DNA from: the human T2T-CHM13v2.0 reference genome, Homo sapiens | Length of the DNA: 64,000 nucleotides | Assembly: GCF_009914755.1 (NCBI RefSeq) | Contig: NC_060947.1 | Direction: 5' to 3' (one strand) | Part shown: piece by piece, positions 40,201-53,500 of the stretch | Numbering within the stretch: the first letter of the stretch is position 1 | Layout: every line of letters begins with the position of its first letter | Made by a program: the position numbers and the translations under genes | The notes under the pieces: generated by a model | Seen by the model: the letters and a program-made list of their open reading frames with translations, nothing else | Databases searched by the model: none | What the model was told of the DNA's origin: nothing

Positions 40201-43200
40201 CTGAGAGATTTCATCAGTACCAGACCTGTCCTACAAGAAATGCTAAAAGAAGTACTTCAATCAGAAAAAAAAATACATTAATGAGCAATAAACAATCACC
40301 TGAAGGTACAAAATTTGCTGGTAATAGTAAGTACACAAAAAACCCACAGAATATTATAACACTGTAACTGTGGTGTGTAAAGTACTCATACCCTAAGTAG
40401 AAAGATTAAATGTTGAACCAATCAAAATAATAACTACAATGTCTTTTCAAAACATAATATAATAAGATATAAATAGAAACAATAAAAAGTTGAAAAGAAG
40501 AAGGATGAAGTTAAGGCAAGTTTTTACTAGTTTTTGCTTGTTCGTTTGTTTATTCAAATAGTGTTAAGTTGTTATCAGGTTAAAATAATAGGTTGTAAGA
40601 TAGTATTTGCAAGCCTCATGGTAACCTCAAACGACAACAAAAATATCATACAATGGACACACAAAAAAAAACAAAAGCAAGAAACTAAATCACATTACCA
40701 GAGAAAATCATCTTCACTAGAGCAAGCTATGAATGAAAAAATGAAGGAAGGGAAGACAACAAACTAACCAGAAAACAAATAGCAAGACGGCAGGAATAAG
40801 TTATTACTTATCAATAATAACATTGAATGTAAATGGACTAAACTCTCCAATCAAAAGACATAGACTAGGCTGAATGGATGAAAAAACAGGAACCGTTGTT
40901 CTGCTGCCTACAAGGAACACATTCCACCTATTAACACACAGAAAGACTGAAAATAAATGGATGTAAAAAGTTATTCCATGCCAATCGAACTCAAGAAGGA
41001 GCAAGAGTCACTACACTTTTATCACACAAAATGAATTTCTAGATGAAACTATTAGAAGAGACAAAGAATCTCACTTTGAAATAATAAAAAGGTCAAATCA
41101 ACAAGAAGATATAACAATTTTAAATATATATGCACCCAACACTGGAGCACCAAAATATATAAAGAAAATATTATTAGAGCTAAAGAGAGAGACAGGCCCC
41201 AATAAAATTATCTGGAGACTTCAACATCTCACTTTTAGCACTGGAAAGATCTTTCAGACAGAAAATCAACAAAGAAACATCAGACTTTATCAGCACTATA
41301 GGCCAAATGATCTAATAGATATTTACAGAACATTCATCTAAGAGCTGCAGAATGCAAATTTTTTTCCCCTCACACATGGATCATTCTCAAGGATAGACCA
41401 TGTGTTAGGTCACAAAACAAGTCTTACAACATTCAAAAAAATCGAAATAATATCAAACATCTTCTCTGACCAAAATGGAAAATTTTAGAAATTGATAACA
41501 AGAGGAATATTGGCAATTATACAAATACAGGGAAATTAAGCAAGATTCTTCTGAATTACCATTGGGTTATTAAAGAAATTTTAAAAGGAAATTAAAAATT
41601 TCTTGAAACAAATGACAATGAAAACACAACATCCTCAAACTTATGAGATATAGCAAAAGCAACTCTCAGAAAGCCTACATCAAAAAAGAGAAAAACTGCA
41701 ATAAACATTCTAATAATACATCTTAAAGAACTAGAAAAGCAAGAACAAACCAAACTCAAAATTATTAGAAGAGAAGAAATAATAAAGATCAGAACAAAAA
41801 TAAATGAAATTGACCTGAATAAAACAATTCATCAATTAAGTAAAAAGTTGGTTTTTTGAAAGTTTAAACAAATTCACAAAGCTTTGCCCAGACTAAGAAA
41901 ACAAAAGAGAAGACTCAAATAAATAAAATCAGAGATGAAAAAAGAGGCATAACTACTAATACAGCAGAAATTCAAAGGATCATTCATGGCTACTATAAGC
42001 AACTCCATGTTAATAAATTGGAAAACCTAGGAGAAATGGTCAAATTTCTAGATACATACAACCTATTAAGATTTAACCAGGAAGAAATCCAAAACCAGAG
42101 CACACCAATAACAAGTAACAACATCAAAGCCATAGTAAAATGTCTCCCAGTAAAGATAAGCCTGGGACCTGATGGTGTCACTTCTGAATTCCACCAAACA
42201 TTTGAAGAGAGGTAATACCATTCCCTCTCAAGCTATTCTGAAAAATAGAAGGGGAGGGAACACTTCCAAACTCATTCTATGAGGCCAGTATTACCATGAT
42301 ACCAAAAGCAGGCAAAGACACTCAAGAAAAGAAAACTACAGGCCAAAATATCTGATGAAGTTTTTCCTCTTTTTTGATGTAGGCAATTATACCTATAACC
42401 TTATAACTGAGTACTGCTTTTGCTGTATCTCTTTGATGTAAAAATCCTCAACAAAATGCCAGCAAACCAATTCAACAATACATTAGAAAGATCATTCATC
42501 ATGACCAAGTGGGAATTATCCCTGGGATGCAAGGATGGTTCAAAATATGCAAACAAATCAGTGTGATACCTTATACCAACAAAATGAAGAAGAAAAAACA
42601 TATTACTATTTCACTTGATACTGAAAAGCTTTTGATAAAATTCTACATCTCTTCATGATAAAAACCCTCAAAAAATTGGGGATAGAGAGAACATACCTCA
42701 ATATAATGAAATCCATATATGAAAGACCCTCAGCCAGTATCACAGTGATTGGGGAAAAACTGAAATCTTTCCTCTAAATTCTGGAAAATAACAAGGATGT
42801 GCACTATCACTACTGTTACTCAGCATAGTACTGGAATTACTAGCTAGAGTAATCATGCAAGAGAAAGAAATAAAGGGTATCCAAATTGGAAAGGAAGAAG
42901 TAAAATTACCCTTGTTTGCTAATGATGTGATCTTATATTTGGGAAAACCTAAAGACTCCACGAAAAAACTATTAGAACTGATAAACAAATTCCGATAAGT
43001 TGCAGCATTTAAATCAACATGCAAAAATCAGTAGCATTTTTTTTTTTGAGGCGGAGTCTTGCTGTGTCGTCCAGGCTGGAGTGCAGTGGCATGATCTTGA
43101 CTCACTGTGACCTGCACCTCCTAGCATTTTTATATGCCTATAAATGTAAGCAATTTGAAAAAACAAATCAAAAGAGTCATCTCATCTACAATAGTCTCAA

Positions 43201-45113
43201 ATAAAATTAAATACTTAGAAATTAACTTAAAGAGCTGAAATATCTCTATAATGAAAACCAGAAAACACTAATAAAAGAAATTGAAGAAGACACAAAGAAA
43301 TGAAAAGATATGTCATGTTAATGAATCGAAAGAATCAATATTGTTAAAATGTCCATACAACCCAAATCCATCTACAGAGTCAATGCAATTCCTATCAAAA
43401 AACCAATTACATTCTTCATAGAAATAGAAAAAAAATCCTAAAATTTATAAGGAAACAGAAATGACCCAGAATAGCCAAGGCTATCCTAAGCAAAACAAAC
43501 AAACAAACAAAAAAAACTGGAGGAATAATATTACCTGACTTCAAATTATACTAGAGGTCTATAGTAAGCAAAACAAAACAGCATGGTACTGGCGTGAAAA
43601 CAGACACATAGTCCAATGGAACAGACTAGAGAACCCAGAAATAAATCCACACACCTACAATTAACTGATTTTTGACAATGGTTCCAAGAACATACACCAG
43701 GGAAAAGACAGTTTCTTCAATAAATAATGCTGGGAAATCTGGATATTCATATGCAAAAGAATGAAACTAGACCTCTATCTCTTGCCATACACAATAATAA
43801 AATCAAAATCGATTAAATATTTACATCCAAAAGCTCAACCATTAAACTACCATAAGAAAACACTGGGTAAGATCTCTAGGACATTGGTCTGGTCAAATAT
43901 TTCTTGAGCAATATCCCACAAGGAAAGGCAACCAAAGCAAAAATGGAAAAATGAGATCACATCAAATTGAAAAGCTTCTGCACACCAAAGACTATAATCA
44001 ACAAAGTGAAGTGAAAACCCACAGAATGGGAGAAAATATTTTCAAACTACCCGTCTGATAAGAGATTAATAACCAGAATTTAAAATAAGTGGAAACAATT
44101 CTATATGAAAAAATCTAAGAATCTGATTTGAAAAAGGTCAAAAGATTTGATTAGACCTTTCTCAAAAGAAGACATACAAATGGCAAACCAGCATGTGAAA
44201 AGGTGTGCAACATCATTGATCATCAGAGAAATACACATAAAAACTACAATGAGGTATCATCTCACCCCAGTTAAAATGGCTTATATCCAATTGACTGGCA
44301 ATAACAAATGCTGACAAAGATGTAGAGAATAGGGAAAACTTGTACACTGTTAGTGTGAATATAAATTAGTACAATCACTATGTAAAACAGTTTGGAAGTT
44401 CCTCAAAAAAACTAAAAATTGAGCTACCATATTATCCAGCAATGCCACTGCTATTTATATACTCAAAAGAAATAAAATCAGTATGTCAAAGAGATCTGCT
44501 TTCATATGTTTGTTGCAGCACTGTTTACAATAGCTGAGATTTGGAAGCAACCTAAGTGTTCATCAGCAGATAAATGGATAAAGGAAATGTGGTACTTATA
44601 CACAATGGAATACCATCAGGCCATTAAAAAAAGAGGGATACCCAGTCATTTGCAACAACATGGATGGAACTGGAGATCATTATGTTAAGCAAAATAAGCC
44701 AGGCACAAAAAGACAAGTATCTCATGTTCTCAATTATATGTGGGATCTAAAAATCCAAACAATTGAACTCATGGCCATAGAGTAGAATGAGGGTTACCAT
44801 AGGCTTGGAATGGTAGTAGAGTGCTGAGGGTTAGTTGGGATGTTTAATGATCCAAAAAAATAGAAAGAATGAATAAGACCAACTATTTGATAGCATAACA
44901 GGGTGACTATAGCCAATAATAACCGTACATTTTGAAATAAAAAGTGTAATTGGATTATTTGCAACTCAGTGGATAAATGCTTGAGAAGATGAATAACCAA
45001 TTCTTCATGATGCCCTTATTTCACATAGCATGCCAGTATCAAAACATCTCCTCTACCCCATAAATATATACACCTCCTATATAACTACACATGTTAAAAA
45101 TTAAAAAAATTTT
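37281..45113 (+). mobile_element. Full-length ~7.8 kb L1MA1/2-type LINE-1, ORFs dead
   Basis: 5'UTR from GCAAGATGACAG, ~2 kb with internal repeats; ORF1 remnant ~39320-40280; long inter-ORF spacer; ORF2 from ~40787 through RT (TTTGCTAATGATGTG, FADD changed to FAND, ~42914); L1MA2-like 3'UTR. TSD AAAGTATTGGTCA (37268-37280) / AAAATATTGGTTA (45114-45126). Confidence 0.92.
43042..43121 (-). mobile_element. Severely 5'-truncated Alu (~80 bp) inside L1 ORF2
   Basis: T-tail plus GAGGCGGAGTCTTGCTGTGTCGTCCAGGCTGG...CCTGCACCTCC; TSD TAGCATTTTT at 43032-43041 and 43122-43131. Confidence 0.9.
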
Positions 45114-45307
45114 AAAATATTGGTTAAGATACCACATAATCAAGCTGAAACACATGCTATGGTGACAAATATTATTTTTGTCCTATAATTTGAGCACGAT
45201 TGATGTGAAAGAACAAAAAAGAGATCACAGTCTCTATTTTTCCTTTGCCTAAGTTCAATTTTATTCTCTTAGATTGTTAACAAGGAAAATAAAAAGTATT
45301 CCTTCGG

Positions 45308-45819
45308 TGTTGGGAATGGGCCCCCAAAATCTGGCAATAAACTGGCCCCAAAACTGGCCATAAACAAAATCTCTGCAGCACTGTGACATGTTCGTGATGG
45401 CCATGACGCCCATGCTGGAAGGTTGTGGGTTTACTGGAGTGAGGGCAAGGAACACCTGGCCCACCTAGGGCAGAAAACCGCTTAAGGGCGTTCTTAAACC
45501 ACAAACAATAGCATGAGCGATCTGTGCCTTAAGGACATGCTCCTGCCACAGATAACTAGCCAGACCCATCCCTTTATTTTGTCCCATCCCTTTGTTTCCG
45601 GTAGGGAATACTTTTAGTTAATCTATAATCTATAGAAACAATGCTTATCACTGGCTTGCTGTCAATAAATATGTGGGTAAATCTCTGTTCAAGGCTCTCA
45701 GCTCTGAAGGCTGTGAGACCCCTGATTTCCGAATCCACACCTCTATATTTCTGTGTGTGTGTCCTTAATTCCTCCAGCGCTACTGGGTTAGGGTCTCTCC
45801 AACTGAGTTCTTCTCGGCA
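45308..45819 (+). mobile_element. MER9 solo LTR (HERV-K9/HML-3), 512 bp
   Basis: TGTTGGGAATGGGCCCCCAAAATCTGG...AAACTGGCCCCAAAACTGGCCATAAACAAAATCTCTGCAGC...TCTCGGCA; 6-bp TSD CTTCGG / CTTCAG; AATAAA at 45664. Confidence 0.92.
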
Positions 45820-46099
45820 CTTCAGTCATTGCAGTAGTGAAGGTTAGTTTTTTTGATTATTGATGTATTTCAGCATATACCCCAGAAAACACAACTAAAA
45901 TCCAGTAGTTCATTAAATAATATTTAATATCAGCAGCTGATTATAACAAAGTTGGAGAGTTGAAACTAAGAGACGGTCAGGTGACCTAACAGATAACAAT
46001 TGCTGAAAGCCTCCATTCTTAGAGCTAGAATTACAAATCAGAGATAGAAATACTAGAGCTCAGGGTATACCCAGGGTCTAAGACTGCCAGAAGAGGAAC

Positions 46100-47660
46100 C
46101 ATTTTTGCAGATATTTGTAAGCTGATCTTAACTAAAGTTCATATGAAAATGCAAGAGGCCCAGAAAGACCAAAACAGCCTTGAGAAATAAAAGAGCTGGA
46201 GGGCTCAAATGTCCCAATCTCAAAACTCACTGTAAATCTACAATAACCAAGGTATTGTGATAATAGCATAGAAAAGACTTACAGATCCATAGAATAGAAT
46301 TTAGAATCCAAAAATAAGCCCTTACATTTATGGTCAGTTAGTTTTCAAAAAGATTGCCAAGGGAATTCAGTGAAAAAAAAAAAACAGTCTCTTCAAGAAA
46401 TGGTGCTCCAACAAATGGATATACACACAGTCGAAAAAAATGCCACTGGATCCTTACATGATACTATATAAAAATTATCTCAAAATGAATCAAATATCAC
46501 AATTTAAGAGCTAAAACTATATAACTCTTATAAGAAAACAGGGATAAATCATCATGATGCTAGATTTGGCAATTATTTCTCAGATATTACACAAGAAACA
46601 CAAGCAACAGAAGAATAAACAAATACATTGAACTTCAAAAAATTCAAAATGTTTGTGCATTAAAAGTATGCTATTTAGAAATGAAAAAGTCAATTCAAAT
46701 ACTAGAAGAAAATGTTTCCAAATCATGTATCTGATGAGGGTCTAGCATCCAAAATAAAAAAAAACTATTGCAACTCAACAATAAACAAACAAATAACCCA
46801 ACTGAAAAAATGGTTAAAGGATCTGAATAGACATTTTCCCAATGAAGATATAGAAAAGACCAGTAAGGACATGAAAAGACATTTAACATCATTTCCATCA
46901 GGGAAATGCAAATCAAATCCACAAGGAAATACCGCTTCACACTCATTAGAATGACCATGATAAAAAAGACAAATAATAAAATTTGGTGAGGGATTAGGAG
47001 AAACTCGAGTCCTCTTTCATTACTGGTGACATTGTAAAATAATTCAGCTCCTTTGGAAAACAAATTGGCAGGTCCTCAAAATGTTCAATATAGAGTCTTC
47101 ATGTGGTCTGTCATTCTACTTTTAATTATGTACCCATGAGAAATGAAAATACATGTTCATAGAAAAATGTATGCAATAATGCTCATGGGAGCATTATCCA
47201 TATTAGCTTAAAGGGGGAAACAACTCAAATGTTTGTCAGCGGATTAGTAGGTAAATAAATGTGCAAAATAGACAATGAAATATTACTCGGACATAAAAAA
47301 GTAATGAAATACTGATTCAAACTAAAACATAGATGAAACGTGTTAAATGAAACATTAATTTAAATGAAAGAAGTCTGGCAAAAAAGGCCACACGTGTATG
47401 ATTCCATTTATATACAATGCCTATAAATAAGTAAATTCATGGAGACATAGCTTAGTAATTGCTAGAGGCTGGGAGAGAGTCAAAGGACAATGACTGCTAA
47501 CTGGTATGAGGTTTATTTGTGGAATGATGAAAATGTTCTGGAATTAGTGATGATGGTTGCATAACTCTGTGAGTGTACTAAAAAGCACAGAAGTATACAC
47601 TTTAAATGAATGAATTTTATGGTATCTGAATTATATCTCAATAAAGCTATTTTAAAAAAC
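46100..47660 (+). mobile_element. L1MB/MC-type 3' 1.5 kb
   Basis: ORF2 C-terminal remnant (NHVSDEGLASKI...KKWLKDLNRHFPNEDI) and a 3'UTR ending TGAATTATATCTCAATAAAGCT. Confidence 0.8.
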
Positions 47661-47777
47661 ATAAAGTGACAGTTATCTTTATTCTGTCACTCCCAGAATT
47701 AGTTACCCTTAACATTTAACATTTATGCTTCCAGTCTTTTGTTGCTTTGTAAGTACTTTTTAAAAATCCATACCATA

Positions 47778-48161
<384 letters not shown>

Positions 48162-48339
48162 TCATCAACTCCTGTCATAAGTGCAAGTGTTCTAAGGTGT
48201 TTTGTATGTGTTTTGGACTTTTTGGGGGGTTTGGGTTTGTTTTTACTTTGTTACCATGAACGTGAACACCATTCTTAACAACGAAATAGCTTTCATTGCT
48301 TAAGTCTTAGTGGAAGTCTAGGAAATACTGTCAATTATA

Positions 48340-48736
48340 GATTTGAAGTGCCAAATCTACCTTTTCTCTAATTTCTATCAGCCAAAGTGGCCAGAGTGCA
48401 GAATCTTGAATTAGACTCAACCAATAAGGTATTCCTGCTAAGGATTATAAAATTTAAGGAGTGATTCAAATACAAGGACCAGTTTAGAAATTATGCAGGT
48501 AATAAAGGGTTTTATGACAGCAGTGTTGGTAATATTATCATATCCGATCTCTTTTTGTAAAATAACCTTGTCCATTTCCTACTGCCTCTCTTTCTTTAAT
48601 AGCTGCTCCCTGTTTTCAAGCCAGTTTCTCTAGTTTCTTAGCAATTTTTGAGCTAAGCAACTTTACAATTTTTTTTTTATCTTCAGTTTAATCAGAGTAT
48701 ATTTTGTTCCTTGGAAACAAGAATTCTAACTAAAGA
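48340..48736 (+). mobile_element. Old ERVL LTR (LTR33/LTR16-like), degenerate
   Basis: 3' end TTTAATCAGAGTATATTTTGTTCCTTGGAAACAAGAATTCTAACTAAAGA resembles old ERVL LTR termini. Confidence 0.45.
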
Positions 48737-49000
48737 AGTATGCCTTTTTAAAAGTATAGGATTATATGCATATATAAATCCATAAAATATATAACATCCT
48801 TTTGTGTTTTCAAATGTATGTGAGAAAATATAGTGATACATCAATGTTACTGCAATGTTGTTCATTTAATATAATGTTTTACAAAGGTATTTATGTTGAT
48901 GATATATATACATGAAGTTCATTCTTTCTCCCAAATTAGTTGCCCTATGATTTGAGTCACTATATCAATAGGCTTCCTTAGAGCAAACTTCAGGGTTCCA

Positions 49001-49021
49001 AGCAGCCCCCTGGGGGCCACA
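49001..49021. promoter_or_regulatory. Candidate CTCF binding motif (near-palindromic)
   Basis: The - strand TGGCCCCCAGGGGGCTGCT matches TGGCCACCAGGGGGC at 14 of 15 core positions. Motif match only; no binding data. Confidence 0.5.
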
Positions 49022-49339
49022 AGTATGGCAATGATGCCAGGTGGGTATCTCCAACCTGTCTTAACTGGAGTATCTGCTTTTATTTTTTACTTGCTTATAT
49101 ATCTAGTTTCACTGCTAAAAATAATTAGGATTTTTTTACCCAAATTCATGGTGCTTTCACAGCTGAAACTACCAGAGAAACTATGCGCCTACTTTCAAGA
49201 AGATTGTGGCGAGCTTTTGCTCCAAAACATTTGGTGTGCCTTTTACATTTGATTATTTTTGTGTAATTAAGAAAATATCTCTTTAATAATTATAATAGCA
49301 ACAACAACAATATAATAATACTATTAAAGAGTATAATAA

Positions 49340-49525
49340 CAATACATAACTTTGATTGAAAACTTAAATATGCCAGAAAATTTTCAAAATGTTTTACATA
49401 TATCAGCTCATTTTATCCTCACCGCAGCTCCTTGGTGCATTATTATTTTTCCCATTTTATACATAAAGGAAACTGAGAAACAGAGAATTTAACTAACTTG
49501 GTCATTAGCACACAGTCAGTAAGTA
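49340..49525 (-). mobile_element. MIR SINE
   Basis: ATTATTTTTCCCATTTTATACATAAAGGAAACTGAGAAACAGAGAATTTAACTAACTTG is the MIR core. Confidence 0.8.
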
Positions 49526-49744
49526 AGTAACTTAGGTTGAGAATATTAGCAGAGGAAAGCCATGCTATGTAAGCCTTCAGTACTGAGCTAAAAACCAAGA
49601 GATATTGTCTACTAATTATAGAAAAAGAAGATTCTAGGACTTTAACATTTGCATTGAAAATGTACATGTACTAGTCATACCTGCATGTTTGGTGTAAATG
49701 ATTTTGGATATCTACATTTCCAGTTCAGATTAACAGATTCCTAA

Positions 49745-50139
<395 letters not shown>

Positions 50140-50541
50140 TCACAAGTAGATTTTTAAGGAAAAATAATTGCTATTAAACAACATGAAATTCGATTTTATA
50201 GGGCTTTGAACAGGCTAGAAGATGGTAATTATAGAGAAAAAGGAAGTGATAGATAAAAACAATCAGAGCTATAGATATTTTTGTTAGTCATCATCTTTAA
50301 TAATTGATCTAATTACCTCAGCACATAATTTTGCATTAAATGTGCAGTTCTATCTAGACCCACACCTAATTTTCCCTCCCTGGTTATGTGGTTATGGGGG
50401 CGGTGCTGAGAAGTGAGTATGTTAACAGTGTTTATCAGGACACAGTAGAAAAAATGACTAGTTAATAATAATGTGTTTTTAAAATGTCATATACTCAAAG
50501 TTGAAATAGTTTACTAATCATATTTTTTCATTTAGCATGTA

Positions 50542-53500
50542 TAGTTGACCACTGAACAACAAATAAACAGGTTTGAAATGTGCATATCTACTTATATATA
50601 GATTCTTAAAAATAAGTATATTGGAACGTTTTTTGAAATTTGTAACAATCTGAAAAAATTGCAAATGGCACAGACTAGAAATACTGAAAAAAATTTTAAG
50701 AAGTATGTCACGATACATAAATATATGTAGGTATTAGTCTATTTTATGATTTACTACCATACATATACACAAATCTAGTATAAAAAGTTAAAATTTATCA
50801 AAACATATGCACACAGACTGCACATGGAGCCATTAGCAGTCTAGAGAAATGTAAACAAATGTAAAGATGCAGTACTAAATCACAACATAAAATTAACTGT
50901 AGTAGATACTGTACTATTGTATAATTTTATAGCTGCCTTCCATTACTGTTGCGGTGAGCTCAGGTGTTGAGAGTACATGCTTAGAATGTCATGTGACATT
51001 TAATCATCACTACATGAGCAGTTTGTCTCTCCAGTAAACTGCATATCATATCACAGTAAAAACTAATCTCTCATGGTTCTCATGTATTTTTCATCGTGTT
51101 TAGTACAATACCATAAACTTTGAATAACACTATGGGACCTATATGAAGTGCCACTAGTGATGCTTGAAATGCTCCCAAGAAACAAAGTCATGACACTCCA
51201 ATAAAAAGTTAAGACTGGGAGTAAAAATGGCCAACTAGGTAGAGCCAGGAAGAGCTTCTCCCACTGGGAGAGAACAAGCTATCAGGTGGACTGGTCCACT
51301 CCAAACAGATCATCAAAGAGAAGGCATTGATAGTGGATGGAGGGAGGACACAGATCCTGGGCTGAAAAAGGAGGAAGCTGGAAACCCTTCATGGAGCTGC
51401 CAAGCCCCAGGACCCATTCTTGGCCCTGAGCAGCTCCTGGGGAAGGGGTGAGTAAATAGGCATGGAGCAGCCCACTCTTGCCATGGACCTCTGAAATACT
51501 AGCTGCAGGGGACCTCATGACCCCCACAGACATATGAGCTCTCAGGAGGAACCGCCCAGAGATTTAACAGAGAAAGAACTCCAACCTGCATGGAGCCCAG
51601 ATGTTTGGCACAGGAATGGTTGCAGTGCAGCATGGCCTTGGGTACCCATCCTTCAAGAGCTGCCATACTCCTCTAGTTGTCTTTAGCCTTTGTAGGCTGC
51701 CATACCTGGACAGAGTAGAGCTATCTTACCCATGCGATGGGGACTGCCTGATCTGAGTACTCCCCAGTCTGTAGCTCTATCACAGGGTCCCTGCCTGGCT
51801 GCACCTGCTTGCAGCACAGCCTCAGCTGCTAAGTTGAGGAACTTACCTGCAGCTATCATTATAGCTCTTTTACCAACAGACCCTGCCTAACAGGTGAAGG
51901 ACTACTGCAGGTGAGCTTTCACCAGGGAGCACCCATCTGCAGTCCTCCCCAGCTGGTGCACACTCACTCACAGCCTCTGCCTGCTGATTCACCTGCACGC
52001 ATTCAGCCACAGCTTGCGCCATGTGGCTTCACCAACATGTGTGTGCATGGGACCTACTGACACCCACTGCTGCTGGCACATGTGCAAGCAGAGAATATGG
52101 CCACCCACTGCCTGTATGCCAAAGTGCTTTTGCTGGCATCCTTTATCAGTGTTGTGGCCAGCAGACTAGAAACACATAAGCCCCTCTAGTAGAGCAGATT
52201 CTTAACCTCAAGGGGCCAGAGAAAAAAAAGCTATGGTCATGGTCCCAGCCCCCCCAGGGTTATATCACAAAGACCATGAATGCCGAGTTGAGCCATGACC
52301 CCCTGAAATTATCCACAAATGAAGCCAATTGCTGAACCCTAACTTATACCACTGTCAAAACCTCAAGGGCATTAAAAAAGAGAAAGGCAAAAAACTTTAT
52401 GAAAATGACAGCAAATTGAAAAATTAAGGAAAAATTAGCTCATGCACATAAGTAAGCATCACTGCAATAACACTGGACACTCTAAAAGCCATAATGTATT
52501 TTTACCTGCAAATGACCACACTAATTTCTCAACAGTGGTTCTTAAACTGACTGAAATGGCTGAAATGACAGGCATAGAATTCAAAATCTGGATGACAATG
52601 AAGATCATCGAGATCCATAAAGTTGAAACCCAATGCAAGTAAACTAACATATCTAGTAAAGTAGTCCAAGAGATGAAGCACAACATAGTCATTTTAAGAA
52701 AGAATCAAACTAATCTGCTAGAACTGAAAAACTCACTACAAGAATTTCATAATATAACTGCCAATATTAACAGCAGAATAGACCGAGCTGATAAAACAAT
52801 CTCAGAGGTTGTAGACCAGTTCTTCAAATCGACTCAGTCAAAAATAAAGAAAAAATAATTTTTAAAAATAAACAAAGCGTCTGAGAAATATGAGATTATG
52901 TAAAGACACCAAATCTATGACTCATTGGCATCCCAAAAAGAGAGGGAGAGACAGCAAGCAACTTGGAAAACATATTTGTAGATATTGTCCATAAAATTTT
53001 TCCCAACCTTGCTAGAGAGGTAAACATGCAAATTCAGGAAATTTAGAGGACTCCAACAAGACACTATACAAGACAACCCTCGTTAAGACATACAGTCGTT
53101 AGACTTTCCAAGATCAGTGTGAAAGAAAAAATATTAAAGACAACTAGAGAAAAGGGGCAGGTCGTGTACAAATGAAACCAGTCAGGCTAACAGCAGAAAA
53201 TTCAACAGAAATAATTCAAACCAGAAGAGAGTGGGGCATAGTCAGGATCCTTCAAGAAAGGAAATTCCAAACAAGAATTTTATATCTAGCCAAACGAATC
53301 TTTGTAAGTGAAGGATAAATAAAATCCTTTCAGACAAGCAAATGCTAAAAGAATTCACTATCACAAGACCTGTCTTAAAAGATGTTCTTAAGGGAGTGCT
53401 AAATATGGAAACAAAACACTATTACCTGTCTCCACAAAAGTGCACTTAAATACATAACCCACTGACAATAAAAAGCAACTACAAAATCAAGTCTATGTAA

